Assembly (NCBI GenBank): GCA_965153285.1 | Contig: OZ229114.1 | Strand: one strand, 5' to 3' | Origin: Podarcis tiliguerta | Lineage: Eukaryota | DNA: 64,000 nucleotides | Shown: positions 11,847 through 24,465 of the stretch, one piece after another | Layout: the number at the start of each line of letters is the position of its first letter | Numbering within the stretch: position 1 is the stretch's first letter | Translations under genes and position numbers: made by a program | Notes under the pieces: model-generated | The model's input: the letters and a program-made list of their open reading frames with translations, nothing else | Told to the model about the DNA's origin: nothing | The model's database searches: none

Positions 11847-14800
11847 GAAAGCTGCTTTTGAGACAGCTAGCTATGAGTCTAGAAAGCAGCACCGTGAAGG
11901 TGCCATGCAAGAAGGATGCATATGGCTGACCCTTTGGGAATTTCCTAGGAGCCAAATGTCTCTTTACAGCAATTGTTCTTAAGAGAAAAGCTTTCGGATA
12001 CTACAGAAAGGATTTAACATGTCAGCAGATTCTCTTTTACAAGTTCCTTTGAAATCTAAGACGTTTGTCTAAGGGTTTTCTTTTTCTCCCAAACTTGTAT
12101 TTCAGCAAATGTGACGGGTGGGTAAGCTGAAGGTGTCCTATCTTCTAGCAGGTGTTATTGGTGGTTTCTTTTTTAATGTAAGAGAATACTTATTTCTTGA
12201 ACTTTGCCGTGATGGTATACAAAATATGGATAATTGATGAATCAAGACAAAGGTGTTAGTAGTTGTTGGGTAGTAGTAATTGTAGGGAACTGAAACAAAA
12301 CCGTCCCCCCCCCTTAAGTTAAATATACATAATGGATGTAAGAGCATCAAACAGGGATCCAATGCTGATGATTAAGGATGATTTTTAAGGCCAATGATGA
12401 ACATTCATTCAGAATCAATGCAATGATGTTATACCGGTAGTTTCTTGCATGTAAGAAATTGAAAGCGTTGGGTAACAAAAGATGCTTCAAACTGCCCTGT
12501 TAAGTCTAGAGACATGAGCTCACTTGCTCAAGATGAATTTGAACAAATACCTCCTTTTAACCCGCCCTCATTTGCCAGTTTTGTGCATTTTCAATTTGGA
12601 AGACCTGTATACTTACAGCAATTTAAAAGTTACTGGTAAACTGAGCAGTAAAAAACAGATTCAGGTGCTTATGACTTACAGTTAAAAGTTCAAATGTTTA
12701 GACTTGGCTTCTTTATCTTGGTCCAAAATGAAAACCTACATGATCTCAAATGGTTATAACATGTTCCTTTTCCCTCTTCTGCTTTTTTTTTGACTGTGCC
12801 ATGAGAGCAATAAGCCTGTAGTCCGAGTGCATAGTTGAAAGCAATTTTAAAAATTCATTTTAGGGGGTTAGCATTTGTCTACCATTATAACAAACATTTA
12901 ATGTATCTGTATGGAACCTAACTCTTAAAAAGCCACACAAATTATCATGCTTTGTATTGTAACCATTACCTTGTGCTCCAGTACTATTGTAACCAATTTC
13001 AAACAACTGAATGCATAGGTTTGGTGAGAAATGTGAAATGGAGTATTTGTATAACAATATAGTCCATAATATAATTGCATTTTGGATTTAATTGGATGTT
13101 ATGTTTTTTGATAACGTCACTAATATGCTTACTGTTACTACATTACAGTGGCATCAAAAAATTATGTAAAATAGGACATGGAGCTGATTTGATGGGGTGC
13201 TGCATTAAATCAAAATGCAGTTGCTCCATTAAATCAAAATGATATTTCCATCAAGTATCTTAAATCAGCTACATCATAATTGAATTAAGCCCATTGATTC
13301 TTCTCCCCTCCTCCCTGCCCCAATTCTCTCCTTTCCCCCATTCATATTGATATTGTTCCATTTGGGGAATTAGAACTGCATGTCCCCCGGTCTGGTCACT
13401 GCTGGGTTTCAGACATTTCAAGCATGTTCCGGTGTGTGTTCATTTATTTCTTTTTCTGTTGACACTTGGTTTGTACCTGCCAAATGTTAGTTTCATAAAA
13501 GCTTTCAGTTTTTAAATGTCCACTAAAGAGGATGTGTCATGGAACATATACTTTAGTATCCAGTAATAATAAATACAAATCAAAAATAGGAGAATTTTCA
13601 AAATTGAGTCTTTTTCTGTCTGCTTGTTTCTAAAGGTAGCTGAACACATACAGATGCTAATTAGGTTATCTGCCCCAAATAACCGTAAACTTTAAGTCAT
13701 AGTTCAAATCTATAATGAACAGCTTAACTATAGAAACCAAAGAAACTTACTTTATCTTCTGTGAGGGCTTGTCATTTCTCTCCTTTTGAATCAGTATGTT
13801 TGGTATGCAACAAGATATAGGCCTGGTTTGCATGTAACATCAAACCATGGTTTAAGTAAGCCTTTGTTAATAAACCATGATTAGCATTACATGTGAAATG
13901 TGCCCCTATTACTGTGGTTTGTTAGTGAAAAAAATGCAATGGTTTGTTCTTGGCTTACTGACATTACCTTCAGTATGGCCTAGCGTTACACACGAACCTG
14001 GACATATAATGCAATTTAATGCTTTATTTAGGAATGGCATCATTCTTATTACATAGCACAATTCTGTGCATGTTTCCAGAGAAGTAAATCCTATTGTATT
14101 CAATAGGACGTACTTCCAGATGTGTAGGACTGCAGTCTTAAGATGCAACCCAGTGATTCTTACCTAAGAGTAAACCTGATTGAACCCAGGGGAGTTACTT
14201 CTGAGTAAACATGCACGGGATTACACTGTCGAGCATACTAGTGTTTAAACTCACAAATTACCAAAGTATTAAAGCAAATTCTTATTTTTTCCAACGTATT
14301 TAATTTAGAAATGAGGAGGAGCCCTAAAATGTTAGCAGTAACTTTTGTTAACATTCTTTAACTATTCCTTCTGATTAGATTAGAATTCATACCTGTGCCA
14401 CTTATTTAGAAATAATTTCCATTAAAATCAATGAGACTTGCTTCTCTGGAAATGTGTATAAGCTGTTGTGTTGGCGTGTTTAACCTGCCTTTTCCATCAC
14501 TGGCACTGACATTTATGCTATAATTACTGGAGCAGAAATGTTTACCATGAAACATGTATGTATACTTGAACAGCAGAGGACTGCATATGACTTCATAGAT
14601 TAATTATTTTTAGAATTATCGTTCTCCCAGATGTATAGGTGCATAGATAGAAAAGGGAATATTTGAATTGTCAAGCTTGAAATGTGTAGCATTCCAGGAA
14701 ATCCATTTTAATAGTGTTAAGGCAAGTGTTTTCTGTAAACCTGTTTTATGATGTGTGTTGCTGAATGTATATAACTTGTTGGTTTCAGTTGTGCGTTTAC

Positions 14801-15001
14801 ATATTAACATTGTCATTTGAAAATACTATTCTAAATAAAGCTACTATTCGTGAACAGAATTTTAAAAAATTACTGTACAACAGGAAGATGTAGCATTTAC
14901 TGTCTGTCTGTTCTTGGGCTTTGTAAATGTGGGAGAAAATGACCATTCTGACAAAACATACTTACCTATTCTTACAACTTCTTGCCTTTTTTTTTAAATA
15001 G

Positions 15002-15143
15002 GGAAAAGTGGCGCAGACTGCTTGTATGTCAGCTTGCCAGCATCTGTCAACTTCCCTGATGCAGATGCTGTTGGATAATGATTTAAAACAAATTAGCATG
15101 GGAGCCATTCAGCAGTTTAATTTAGATGTCATACAGTGTGAAT
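15002..15143 (+). CDS. EXOC6: EXOC6 coding exon, 142 nt, phase 0/1
   Basis: T-rich tract + aaatag|GGA acceptor; GKVAQTACMSACQHLSTSLMQMLLDNDLKQISMGAIQQFNLDVIQCE plus 1 nt; T|gtaagt donor. Confidence 0.96.
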
Positions 15144-15546
15144 GTAAGTATGAGATTCTGAGCTGTAAGTTAAGAGACAGTCATTCTTGTTTAGCGGGAG
15201 GGTGGAAATATCCATTATATGTGCATTACTGTAATAAATAAATGTGGAAACTGGGGATCAATGAGATCTTTCTGTTTATTCAAGCAATGGTTCAAGAGTT
15301 GTTTGTTTGTTTGTTTATTAAATGTGTATGCCACCCTTCATCTGAAGTTCACAACATTGGTTGGATACCTTCTAGAAGGCTAGTAGTTTAATTCATTGGA
15401 ATAAGAGAGAGTAACTTAATAGATTTGTAATCATTTAAAATCCTTATCAACATTTACACTAATATGTGTTCTTTTTTCCTCTGAACTGCAGTCAAAACAT
15501 TATAGGTTCTAACATTTGCAGTTGTAGGCAATGTCTTCTGATAGTA

Positions 15547-15911
15547 CAGTGGTGCCTCGCAAGACGAAAAGAATCCGTTCCGTGAGTCTCTTCGTCTAGC
15601 GGTTTTTTCGTCTTGCGAAGCAAGCCCATTAGCGGATTAGCGGATTAGCGCTATTAGCGGTTTAGCGGCTATTAGCGGCTATTTAAGGCTTAAGGGATTA
15701 GCGGATTAGCTGCTAAAAGGCTATTAGCAGTTTAGTGCCTTAGAAAAAGGGGGTGGGGAGCGAAACCCCCCCCCCAGGAATCGCAAGACATTTTCGTCTT
15801 GCAAAGCAAGCCCATAGCAAATTCGTCCTGCGAAGCACCTCCAAAACGGAAAAACCTTTCGTCTAGCGGGTTTTCCGTCTTGCGAGGCATTCGTCTTGCG
15901 GGGCACCACTG
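15547..15911. mobile_element. Tc1/mariner-superfamily (pogo/Tigger-like) MITE, 365 bp
   Basis: TA target duplications at 15545-6 and 15912-3; TIRs CAGTGGTGCCTCGCAAGACGAA / TTCGTCTTGCGGGGCACCACTG; CpG-rich relative to its flanks. Confidence 0.9.
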
Positions 15912-17038
15912 TATTTAATTCCTAAAAGAGAAAGTCTTGGGATCAATCTGTAAATCACTTGAAACTTAAGCAACTGAAAAAAGAGAGTTTTATTTGCCAT
16001 TCATTTTAAATTTGTTAGAATTTGTCTTTCAGAAACTGTTCTGATGAGTTTCTTTTCAACAGAACTCTAAAAGAACCAATTGAGAGGTCTTAACATTTAA
16101 AAAGTTTGTAAATATATTATACTAATTCAGCAGTGGAACAAATGGAATAGGGAATCTCAGTTCTTCAAAATTGTAAGCACACAATGCCCTGCCCCCATCT
16201 CTCTCACTCCCCCATTGTATTTTTCTCTTGTTATTTGTTTGTTTTGTAACACAAAATAAAATCTGTAATAAAAACTAATTAAAAAAAAAAATTTAACAAC
16301 TGGACATTTCCATTTTTGGCTGCCATGAGTTGCAGTAAAACCAACTCTTTGCTTCTCATATACTAAAATATCCTTAATCTGTTTTATAAAGCTATATTAA
16401 ATTTGCTCAGTTTGTAACCCCCCCCCCCAAAAAAAAAATACACATTTCCTGTTTGACATATTAAACAACTAAGAGATCATTGTGGGTTTTTTGTTTTTCA
16501 TAACATAGTGGTTCGGCACCTGTTGCGATGCTTGTGTTACAGAATATCTTGTGTGGTAGGAACCATTACATAATGGCTTTGAGTTCCTTCCAACCTTATA
16601 ATATTTATATTATTGTAGAAAAATGTAACCTTGGGTCTACAGATTATACTGTACTGGAAGGGGAAAGTAAAACCATTACTTTAATACTGGAACATGTTTA
16701 GTAAAATAAGTCAGTCAGCTGTTACTGGCTATATTAAAGCAAGTGCTTTGATACTATTTTAAAGGAAAAAATAGTAATGAGGAGTGAGGATGGTAGGATC
16801 TAACTTCACAAGTAAGATATGCTCTTGCTTCAAATTCAGCCGGAATCTTTGCTGGGTAGGAAATGTCATTGTTTCAGGTCACTCATACAAGTGTTACTGA
16901 CTCATTACTTAAGGTATTAAAAAGAAGGTCTAAGTTCACTTCAAGAAGTTCAATATAGGTGATTCAACATTTGTAAACTTGCGCTGTTCCCTGAAAAATT
17001 CAACTAAACCACAGGCAGTCTTGCTTAACGGGTGTGCT

Positions 17039-17066
<28 letters not shown>
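17039..17066. repeat. (AC)n microsatellite
   Basis: Direct observation. Confidence 0.95.
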
Positions 17067-17069
<3 letters not shown>

Positions 17070-17969
17070 AATGTGCTGAATCTGCTTTCTTTCTGACATT
17101 TCTTTCACAAGCTGTGCCATAGGCACATTCCACGAATCACTGTGCCAGCTGTGATTTATGATCTTACCACCCACTCCCTTCAGCTTCGCCCCTCCTGGGT
17201 CAACATTTTGAGCTTGGTACTTGGTGACAGTGCCATTTACACTAGGAAGTGTCTTGCTACTGTATGCGATTAGATGATGTGGAAAAAGGAAGTAGCCAAT
17301 ACACCAAGATGTGATTCCATGAGCACTCTCTCATCAGATAGAGAAACCTTTTGGAATTGCTAATTGACTTTTGGCGTTCTACCTGCTACCTGATTTCACC
17401 ATTATGTATCAGTGAAATGTCCAGCGAGACAACTGGTAGAAGTTGCCTAAAAGGCAGCTTATGCTCTGTTCCCAAACCCTTCCCTGCAAGGTGCAACCAC
17501 AGGAAAGTTTTGGAAGTATTACACAATGCAGTCTCAGTTTACACAGGATGATAGACCTGGCCAGTTACCAGAATGCCATGTGAACTGAATGTGAAGCATC
17601 ACCTAGTGTCCTCTGCAACATTCCTGGCTTTTGTATCATAGGGATGTCTTAGCAGACAAAACAATATGGGGAAGGCTTTCTGTTGGTTTAAGGTATAGTA
17701 GTATAACTTAACAAATCCACACATGCAGTGTGGTGGCTATTTTCTTTAAGAAATGTGTAAACTGCTTTCTGCCTTTAAAACCATGCAAAGTGATTCACAG
17801 ATTATGTGCTCACTTTAGCAGCAGATGTTCATGTTTTAGGCTAATACTCATTTTGTCATTCTGAATGGCTGAATGGCAGCTTTGCAGGGAGGTAATATCC
17901 TAGATGCGAGACTGCAGCTTGCTACAGCAAATTCAGTTTTTCCTTTTGTCTCACAAGCTGAAGTGGACC

Positions 17970-18138
17970 CAGTGGCGTAGCGTGGGGGGTGCAGGGGGGG
18001 CCGGCCGCACCGGGCGCAACATCTGGGGATTAGGGTTAGGGGGCGCAAATCCACGGGTTAGGGGGCACAAATCCATGGGTTAGGGGGCGCAAATTACTTG
18101 CCTTGCCCCGGGTGCTGACAACCCACGCTACGCCACTG
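17970..18138. mobile_element. hAT-superfamily MITE, 169 bp
   Basis: Perfect 17-bp TIR CAGTGGCGTAGCGTGGG / CCCACGCTACGCCACTG and perfect 8-bp TSD AGTGGACC (17962-17969, 18139-18146). Confidence 0.92.
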
Positions 18139-18772
18139 AGTGGACCATGCAACTGTATCATAAATATGACAGCTGATGATTATTCCTCGACCAAGTGATA
18201 TATCAGAAAACGTAGCAGCAGAATAAAATTCCAAATAGTTTACAATATTCAGGTTACAGTCAGAAGCCAGACAAGTAAAAAAACAAAACAAAACACTAAC
18301 CAACAGCCTACTGAAAAAGCCAGCTTTTTAACCTGGTGCTGAACAAACCACAGTGTAGTGGACAATTCCTCAAAGGTTGAGCCCTTTGCTAAAGATGTGA
18401 GTTCTGGTAGCATAACAGAAGTGACATCTATGTGTATGTGAAAACCCATTGGAATAATTAGAGAATCCTTGATGTGATATTATTGAATCCCAACACCTTA
18501 TTCCATGTGGCAGACTATATTTGAAACTCAGCGGTGGTCTGTGAGGAAAAATCAATCCCATACTCCATAGACTCACCTAAAGTAGCCCCCCTTTGATATT
18601 GCTGCCCTTGCCTAGATATTGGCTAAAGCAGGTGCCCAATGTATTTAGACAGTGTCTCCATTATACACATGCACCAAGGGCTTGCTTTAGACCATGAAGA
18701 ACATCTATCAATACTCAGTCAGGGTCTGATTAACCAATAGAAATTGCTTGGGGTGCTATGGACAAATGCACT

Positions 18773-18776
<4 letters not shown>

Positions 18777-18818
<42 letters not shown>
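18777..18818. repeat. (GA)n microsatellite
   Basis: Direct observation. Confidence 0.95.
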
Positions 18819-18821
<3 letters not shown>

Positions 18822-19171
18822 TTGTCTTCTGGAGATGTCTTCTGGAGATACCCCTGAGTTTGGGGACTCTGTCTCAGATTGAACTGGATCAACTCCAAAT
18901 ATGGATCAAAACAGGGAGATCTGTTTGTAACTATGACATAAAAGCAATGCTTACTGCGAAGCCTCAAATAATAAAGTTTTATTACATCTGGATGAAGCGC
19001 ATTTAAATTCAAATACCTGAGCTTACACCATGTTCCTTGAAAGTAAGATCCATTGGAAATCAATGGGACTGATTTTCAAGTGGCATAGTTAGGACTGTGA
19101 TGTAAAAATGGTCATATTACAGCTTGTCTGCTTACTCCCTTTACCTGGTCTATAACATAACCTGCATACTA

Positions 19172-19394
19172 CAGTGGTACCTCAGGTTACATACACTTCA
19201 GGTTACAGACTCCACTAACCCAGAAATAGTACCTCAGGTTAAGAACTTTGCTTCAGGATGAGAACAGAAATTGTACGGCGGTGCAGCAGCAGCAGGAGGT
19301 CCCATTAGCTAAAGTGGTGCTTCAGGTTAAGAACAGTTTCAGGTTAAGAACAGACCTTCAGAACGAATTAAGTACATAACCAGAGGTACCACTG
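19172..19394. mobile_element. Tc1/mariner-superfamily MITE, 223 bp
   Basis: TA|CAGTGGTACCTC...GAGGTACCACTG|TA; repeated internal TCAGGTTA(A/C) motif. Confidence 0.88.
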
Positions 19395-20234
19395 TAATTG
19401 CTCAGCTTCTGTATGGTTTGCATTTTAATGTATGGTCTTCTTACATAGCTTTTACACACTTTTGAATTTTAAGAGTAGAATTCTATTACGAACAACTTGT
19501 TAAAGGCATAAACACAACGTTCTATCTTTTCTGTAACTCGGCTTAGATTATTCTGCCTGTTTGGATCTTTATGCTCCCTCCTGCTTACTGTCAGTCTTCT
19601 ACCATGGTTAGGCTTAGGGACTAACCATCCCATTTTGCCACCGGAAGTGAAATGGGAATGTGCCACTGCCTTCCTTCGGCCATGCCACCCCCCCTTCCAC
19701 TGCTGTCACAATGCCTCTCCCCTTGCCACAGCTGTTGAGTGAAGGGGCATTCTGCAATGTGTTCTTGCTCATTTTCTATGCCCCAAGTGCAAGAAAATGA
19801 GCGGCAGTGTGGCACACCAGAAGGCCTCTCCTCCCTCCCAATTTTGGCGAGAAGGGGATATTCTGCTAGTGGTGGAAGCGATCGGGCGGGCGGGGTGCTG
19901 CCTCTGGTTAGGCTAAGAAGATTTTATAGAGCAAATGCTATAATGACAGAATTAGATGCAGACAGCTTTGGAACTGGTAATAATTTTGAAAGGCTTTTCT
20001 GATAAATTCACCATGCAAAACAAAGGAAAGCTGCCTCCTTTTCGTGCTATTTGGGACACAGGAACTCTGCACTGTAGGACAGAGGTGAAATGTTGGGAGG
20101 ATATGCCAATGAAGGTGTGTTTCCAGATCATTGATCTTAAAAATGTCAATATCCCAGTGCTTGGTGATGCATGTTATAGTGAAAAGAAATTCTGGATTCT
20201 GGATTGAAAGGATTTATTGTTATTGTTATTACAG

Positions 20235-20308
20235 TGTTCGCCAGCTCTGAGCCTGTACCTGGGTTCCATGGAGAAACCTTACAGTTAGCATTCATCGACC
20301 TCAGACAA
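20235..20308 (+). CDS. EXOC6: EXOC6 coding exon, 74 nt, phase 1/0 (too short for the ORF track)
   Basis: ttacag|TG acceptor completes the TTG (Leu) codon; FASSEPVPGFHGETLQLAFIDLRQ; CAA|gtaaga donor. Confidence 0.95.
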
Positions 20309-21054
20309 GTAAGACATTATTTATATGCCTGTTAATGGTCACATTTTACTGAACACCAAGCCTTTGATTCATAGTCCAAGCAACCCTATGTGTTAGCAGA
20401 TGACATGAAGTCCACTCACACAATGACTTCTTGACCCTCCATCCCCGGCTGCATTGCATGCTGCTCTGTAGGTTCGCTAGAGGGTGGGAGAAGCAAGATG
20501 CCGCTGCAGGAATCCGGGCTGGGGAAACCCTGGTGCTTCTGAGCCACATTATCATATGCTTATGCTATAAATGTGTTTGTTGGTTCTGCAAGGCTCTTGA
20601 TTTTGTTGCAACAGACATAACACAACTCCAACATTTTGGGAAAATTGGGGAAATGACTATTCCACTACTTCACGTGTAACAAGCAAAAGGGTATAGCTAT
20701 TCAGTTGTCAGGATGTGAGGTTGAATTCTAATGTATTTGCAAAGTTATAAACTTGAATGAAAAGGCTGTTTTAATATATGCTGATCGATCTCATGAGTAT
20801 GACCTTGACCCATATTTCTGTGTGGTGCTATGTGAAATAGTTAAGTGGTAAGTAAGTTCAAATGATGGCTTTCGTGTGGGTTTGTTTGTTTTTTTAAACA
20901 TGTTTAAGGCTAGAGTTATCATGCATCATCATTAAAAGCAACATTTTATTCTGTAGAATATAATCTCTTGTCAATCTTTTACTTTAGGCTGAAATCATAT
21001 TTGAGACTGCTTGATTCTAGTAGGGCCTTATGAGGAGAGAGGGAAATGAAAATG

Positions 21055-21056
<2 letters not shown>

Positions 21057-21087
<31 letters not shown>
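21057..21087. repeat. (AC)n microsatellite
   Basis: Direct observation. Confidence 0.95.
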
Positions 21088-21088
<1 letters not shown>

Positions 21089-22339
21089 TCTCCTTGATTT
21101 ACCTTTTGTGGGGTGCACCTTTTGCATTTCCTCACATCATAGGATTTCTAATTTTTATTGTTATTAGTAATCTCTTTTACATAACTAGTCTATTGTTTGC
21201 TTTCAAATCATTACCCAATTCATTTTCACAACTACCCAGTGAAGGTAGACCATATTGATAAATCCTAGTTTACGTAAGAAAAAGCTGAACTCAGTTGTGT
21301 CTCTCCTAAGTATGACATAATATTTTCATTAGGTTCCCTATATCTGCCATTCAAAGTTCCAGGTGCACCATTATGTATTAAAAGTGGAATGCCTTCCAGG
21401 TATTTAAGCAACAACTATTTTAATACAATTTGTTGCAATCATTTTTGCTTTGCTTCTGAATACAGAATGTAAATGAAGACCAGTCCCTTTTTGTTTTCTT
21501 CCTCATCTACTAGCGGCTCATTTCAGTGATGTCAATCCTTACAAAGAGCAACATTTAGCTTTTAGTAAGGATTTAACACTCTTCCTCTCCCTTCTATTTA
21601 TGATCCATTTCTTTCTTAATAGGCCAAATGACAGTTCTTTTCAAGAATACTTAGAAAGGCAACAGAGCCTTTTTCAGAAAGAGGTCATGCTTCTGTTTTT
21701 TAGTTTGAATTCGATACTGTTTCATGAATTGCAGGATATGAAAGATAAGGAAGTGGGTCCAGTGGTCAGGTTTTACCTGCCCACCCGGACTGTGCCCTGA
21801 GGTCAAACTCCTGATATTTGCTGTTTGGTACAGAGGAGCTGATGACAGGTAGGGGCTGATACAAGGGGGAAAGCTTGAACCATATCAAAGCTAAAAGGCA
21901 AGAGAATTGGGACTCAGTGAGAGACTGTAGCTAAAAGATGGATCAGCAGGGTTGCCCTCTTTTTAAAAAGTAGCTGACCTGTGAGGGAAAAGACTTTATC
22001 GTCCTGCCAATCACATGCTTACTAATGGAAGCCAGTTATCTCAACAACAGCTTACTCTTTTCTGTGTGATTTCATGGCAACGGGGAAGATTAGTAGGAGC
22101 GTGGGGTAGCCTTTGCTGGTTATTCCTGACACAAATTAATAAACGTAGCACGCACTGCAGTTAACTGTAAAGTTTTGGTGCTTTGAAGACACGTTCAGGG
22201 CTGTTTCAGGCTTGATGTTGATAGCACTTCTGTGTAGGAAATAGCATGAAACAGCTGTGTAGATCAGCATGTATGTGCCGTAACATACATGACTACCTAT
22301 ATCAGCTTTTGCTAACTGGGAGCCCTCCAAGTGTTTTAG

Positions 22340-22655
22340 TTTCTATCCAAGAGCTCTGATTGCACTAAATAATGATCTCAGGGCCAGTTGTAAGAAATAG
22401 CAAGCAGGGAGTAGGAAGGAATGAGATAGGGTTTAGGTCATGTTATGCTTTCAATAGGTCATGTTATATTCTGGATTATGTAGGTTTTATAGATTATGTC
22501 TGAATGGGATGAGAGTGTTGGAGGTACGTGCAAATGTGTATGTGAAGCCGGTCTTTGGGTGGGTGTTTGATTTTCGTTGTTGTGTATACTGTGTATATAC
22601 GGACAATGACAAATAAATTTCTATTCTATTCTATTTCTATTCTATTCTATTCTAT
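22340..22655 (+). mobile_element. 5'-truncated non-LTR retrotransposon 3' end, Rex1/Babar-like
   Basis: 14-bp TSD TCCAAGTGTTTTAG (22326-22339, 22656-22669). Starts with (S)FYPRALIALN...stop, resembling the SFFPxAIxxLN ORF terminus. Ends acaatgacaaataaa + (CTATT)n tail. Confidence 0.75.
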
Positions 22656-23957
22656 TCCAAGTGTTTTAGACTACAACTCCCATCAGCACCAGCTAGCACA
22701 GCTGGCTGACACTGTTGTTTTGCATGCCATTTGCATGCTATTTTCATTTAAAATTTTTGTCAGAGTGGCTGAAAACTGGAGCAAGCATCCAAAAGTGAAA
22801 ATGGCTGCCTCTAAAGAACCACATGAAACATGCTCCTTTGTTCTCAGCAACCTGCTGTAATAATAATTTAACTGTTGCACCGAATAGATTCCTCCATAGC
22901 TGATCTAGAACGACTAAAGTGAGAAGTAGAAATTAATTGGTAATTCCTTATGGAATGACTATAGCAAAGTTGTTTCAGTTCTAGACATATTCTTGCAGAA
23001 ATCCACAGATAAAGCCTTTTTGAGCTATTGGTTGCAAACTTTTGTATATATATGTATCCTAAATAAATACTTTTTCCAGAGTTGTTTGTATGGGTGGTAT
23101 TAGATGATGGAAAAATCAATTATTCTTTTCTACAACCAAATGGTCCTTATTCCTAAGTAAATGTATTTTAGTATCAGGGAGGCAGAAGCAAACACCATTT
23201 TGTTCCTGTAGCTATGGTAGCAAGTTTTAAATGAATTTTTATAATGTGAAACTGCACATACTCATACTCAATGTCGTTAATTTGCCAACTCTTTTTTAAA
23301 AGTGTGCTGCTGTTGTTTTTTCCTGCTGTAACAGATTAGGAATGTCAAAGCAGTTGGATAGAATGGACTGTTGGTTGTGCGGTGGTAGGGAAAGAAAATT
23401 GTATGCTTCACAACTGGTAACATTCTGGTTATCTAAATGGGGAATCTCTATAAAACCATTAAGTCCAGGGTCTAAAATGATCTAGTGCTGCACAACTGAA
23501 CCCAGTGCTGACTGACTTGTGATTTATAACTTGATGTACAGAGATGCACAATACTTTGTTTTTCAAAGCCTGGCTCCTTAAATATCCAAAAGTGACCAAA
23601 GGCTATATAGCACATTCAATTGATTTGGTAGGCAGGCCTTCGATTTTAACAGACTGAAATTTGCAGGAATTGCTTGCCCGGATTGGAGACTGTGATTATG
23701 CAAATAGGTATTAGAAGGAGAAGGCTGGTATAATTGTTGTTGGTGCCACGCAGACACTAAAGCCTAGATGTTCAGAGCTGGAAGGCCACAAATGGACCTA
23801 CCTGTGACTGTCAAACTCCCGCTCAACTCAAATGTAAAATAGTTGACTTAACATTAAAAAAAAGCATATATTGTCCCATAGATTGGCCTTAATACCTGAA
23901 GACTGGGAAGTGCCCAAGGTAATAACATGTTTTAAAAAAAGAGGTGCAGGAAATTAC

Positions 23958-24465
23958 TGGCAACCAAAATGATTAGGAGACTGAGGCAACTCTTCAGAGA
24001 TTACAATGGTCAGGACTTTTTAACGTAGAAAAAAGGGAGTAAAAGGTGAGGGGACATGATAGAGGTTTATGAAGTTATCTGTGGTGTGGAAAAACTGGAC
24101 AGAAACAAGTTTGCCTCCCTCACAATACTAGAAGCCATTGGGATCATCAACTGAAGCTAAAAGAGTGAGGATAAACAAAAGGGAAGTGCTACTTAACATA
24201 GTTAAACTGTGGAATTTGCTGTCCCCCAAGTTGTGATGGGGATGGTCCAACTTAGTTGGCTTTAAAAGAGGTTTAGACTAGTTAATGAAGGATAAGGCTA
24301 TCAATGAAGCAAATGGCCATCACGACACCTCCAGTATCACAGGCAGAATGCCTCTCAACAGTGGGAGAAAGCTATTGCCCTCATGCAGTGTTCTTGAGCT
24401 TGGCCACTGTGGTAAACCAGATTATGCAGGCTCAGGAGATCTCTTCTTATTTTCTTATGTTCTTA
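23958..24465 (+). mobile_element. Degraded CR1 LINE 3' fragment
   Basis: gacatgatagaggtttat...actgtggaatttgctg...ggctttaaaagaggtttagac...cttatgttctta; similar to the copy near 51 kb. Confidence 0.7.

Noticed and set aside
11514-11982. ORFs containing runs of X
   Set aside because: Artefacts of the 212-N assembly gap.
12106-12121. Third possible tiny exon (ttcag|CAAATGTGACGGGTGG|gtaagc)
   Set aside because: 16 nt, frame-shifting and with an in-frame TGA; it could only be a poison exon and nothing else supports it.
15629-15735. CRISPR-like or other prokaryotic repeat array
   Set aside because: No unique spacers; a simple degenerate minisatellite inside a eukaryotic MITE.
16926-16962. AGTTCA-n8-AGTTCA with flanking imperfect half-sites (DR8-like)
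   Set aside because: No internal half-site as in composite DR8 RAREs; compatible with chance.
18030-18095. Interstitial telomere
   Set aside because: Only two contiguous TTAGGG units, and they are internal to a hAT MITE.
22435-22461. Repeated AGGTCA half-sites as a RARE
   Set aside because: 15-bp spacing and located in the 3' UTR of a LINE insertion.
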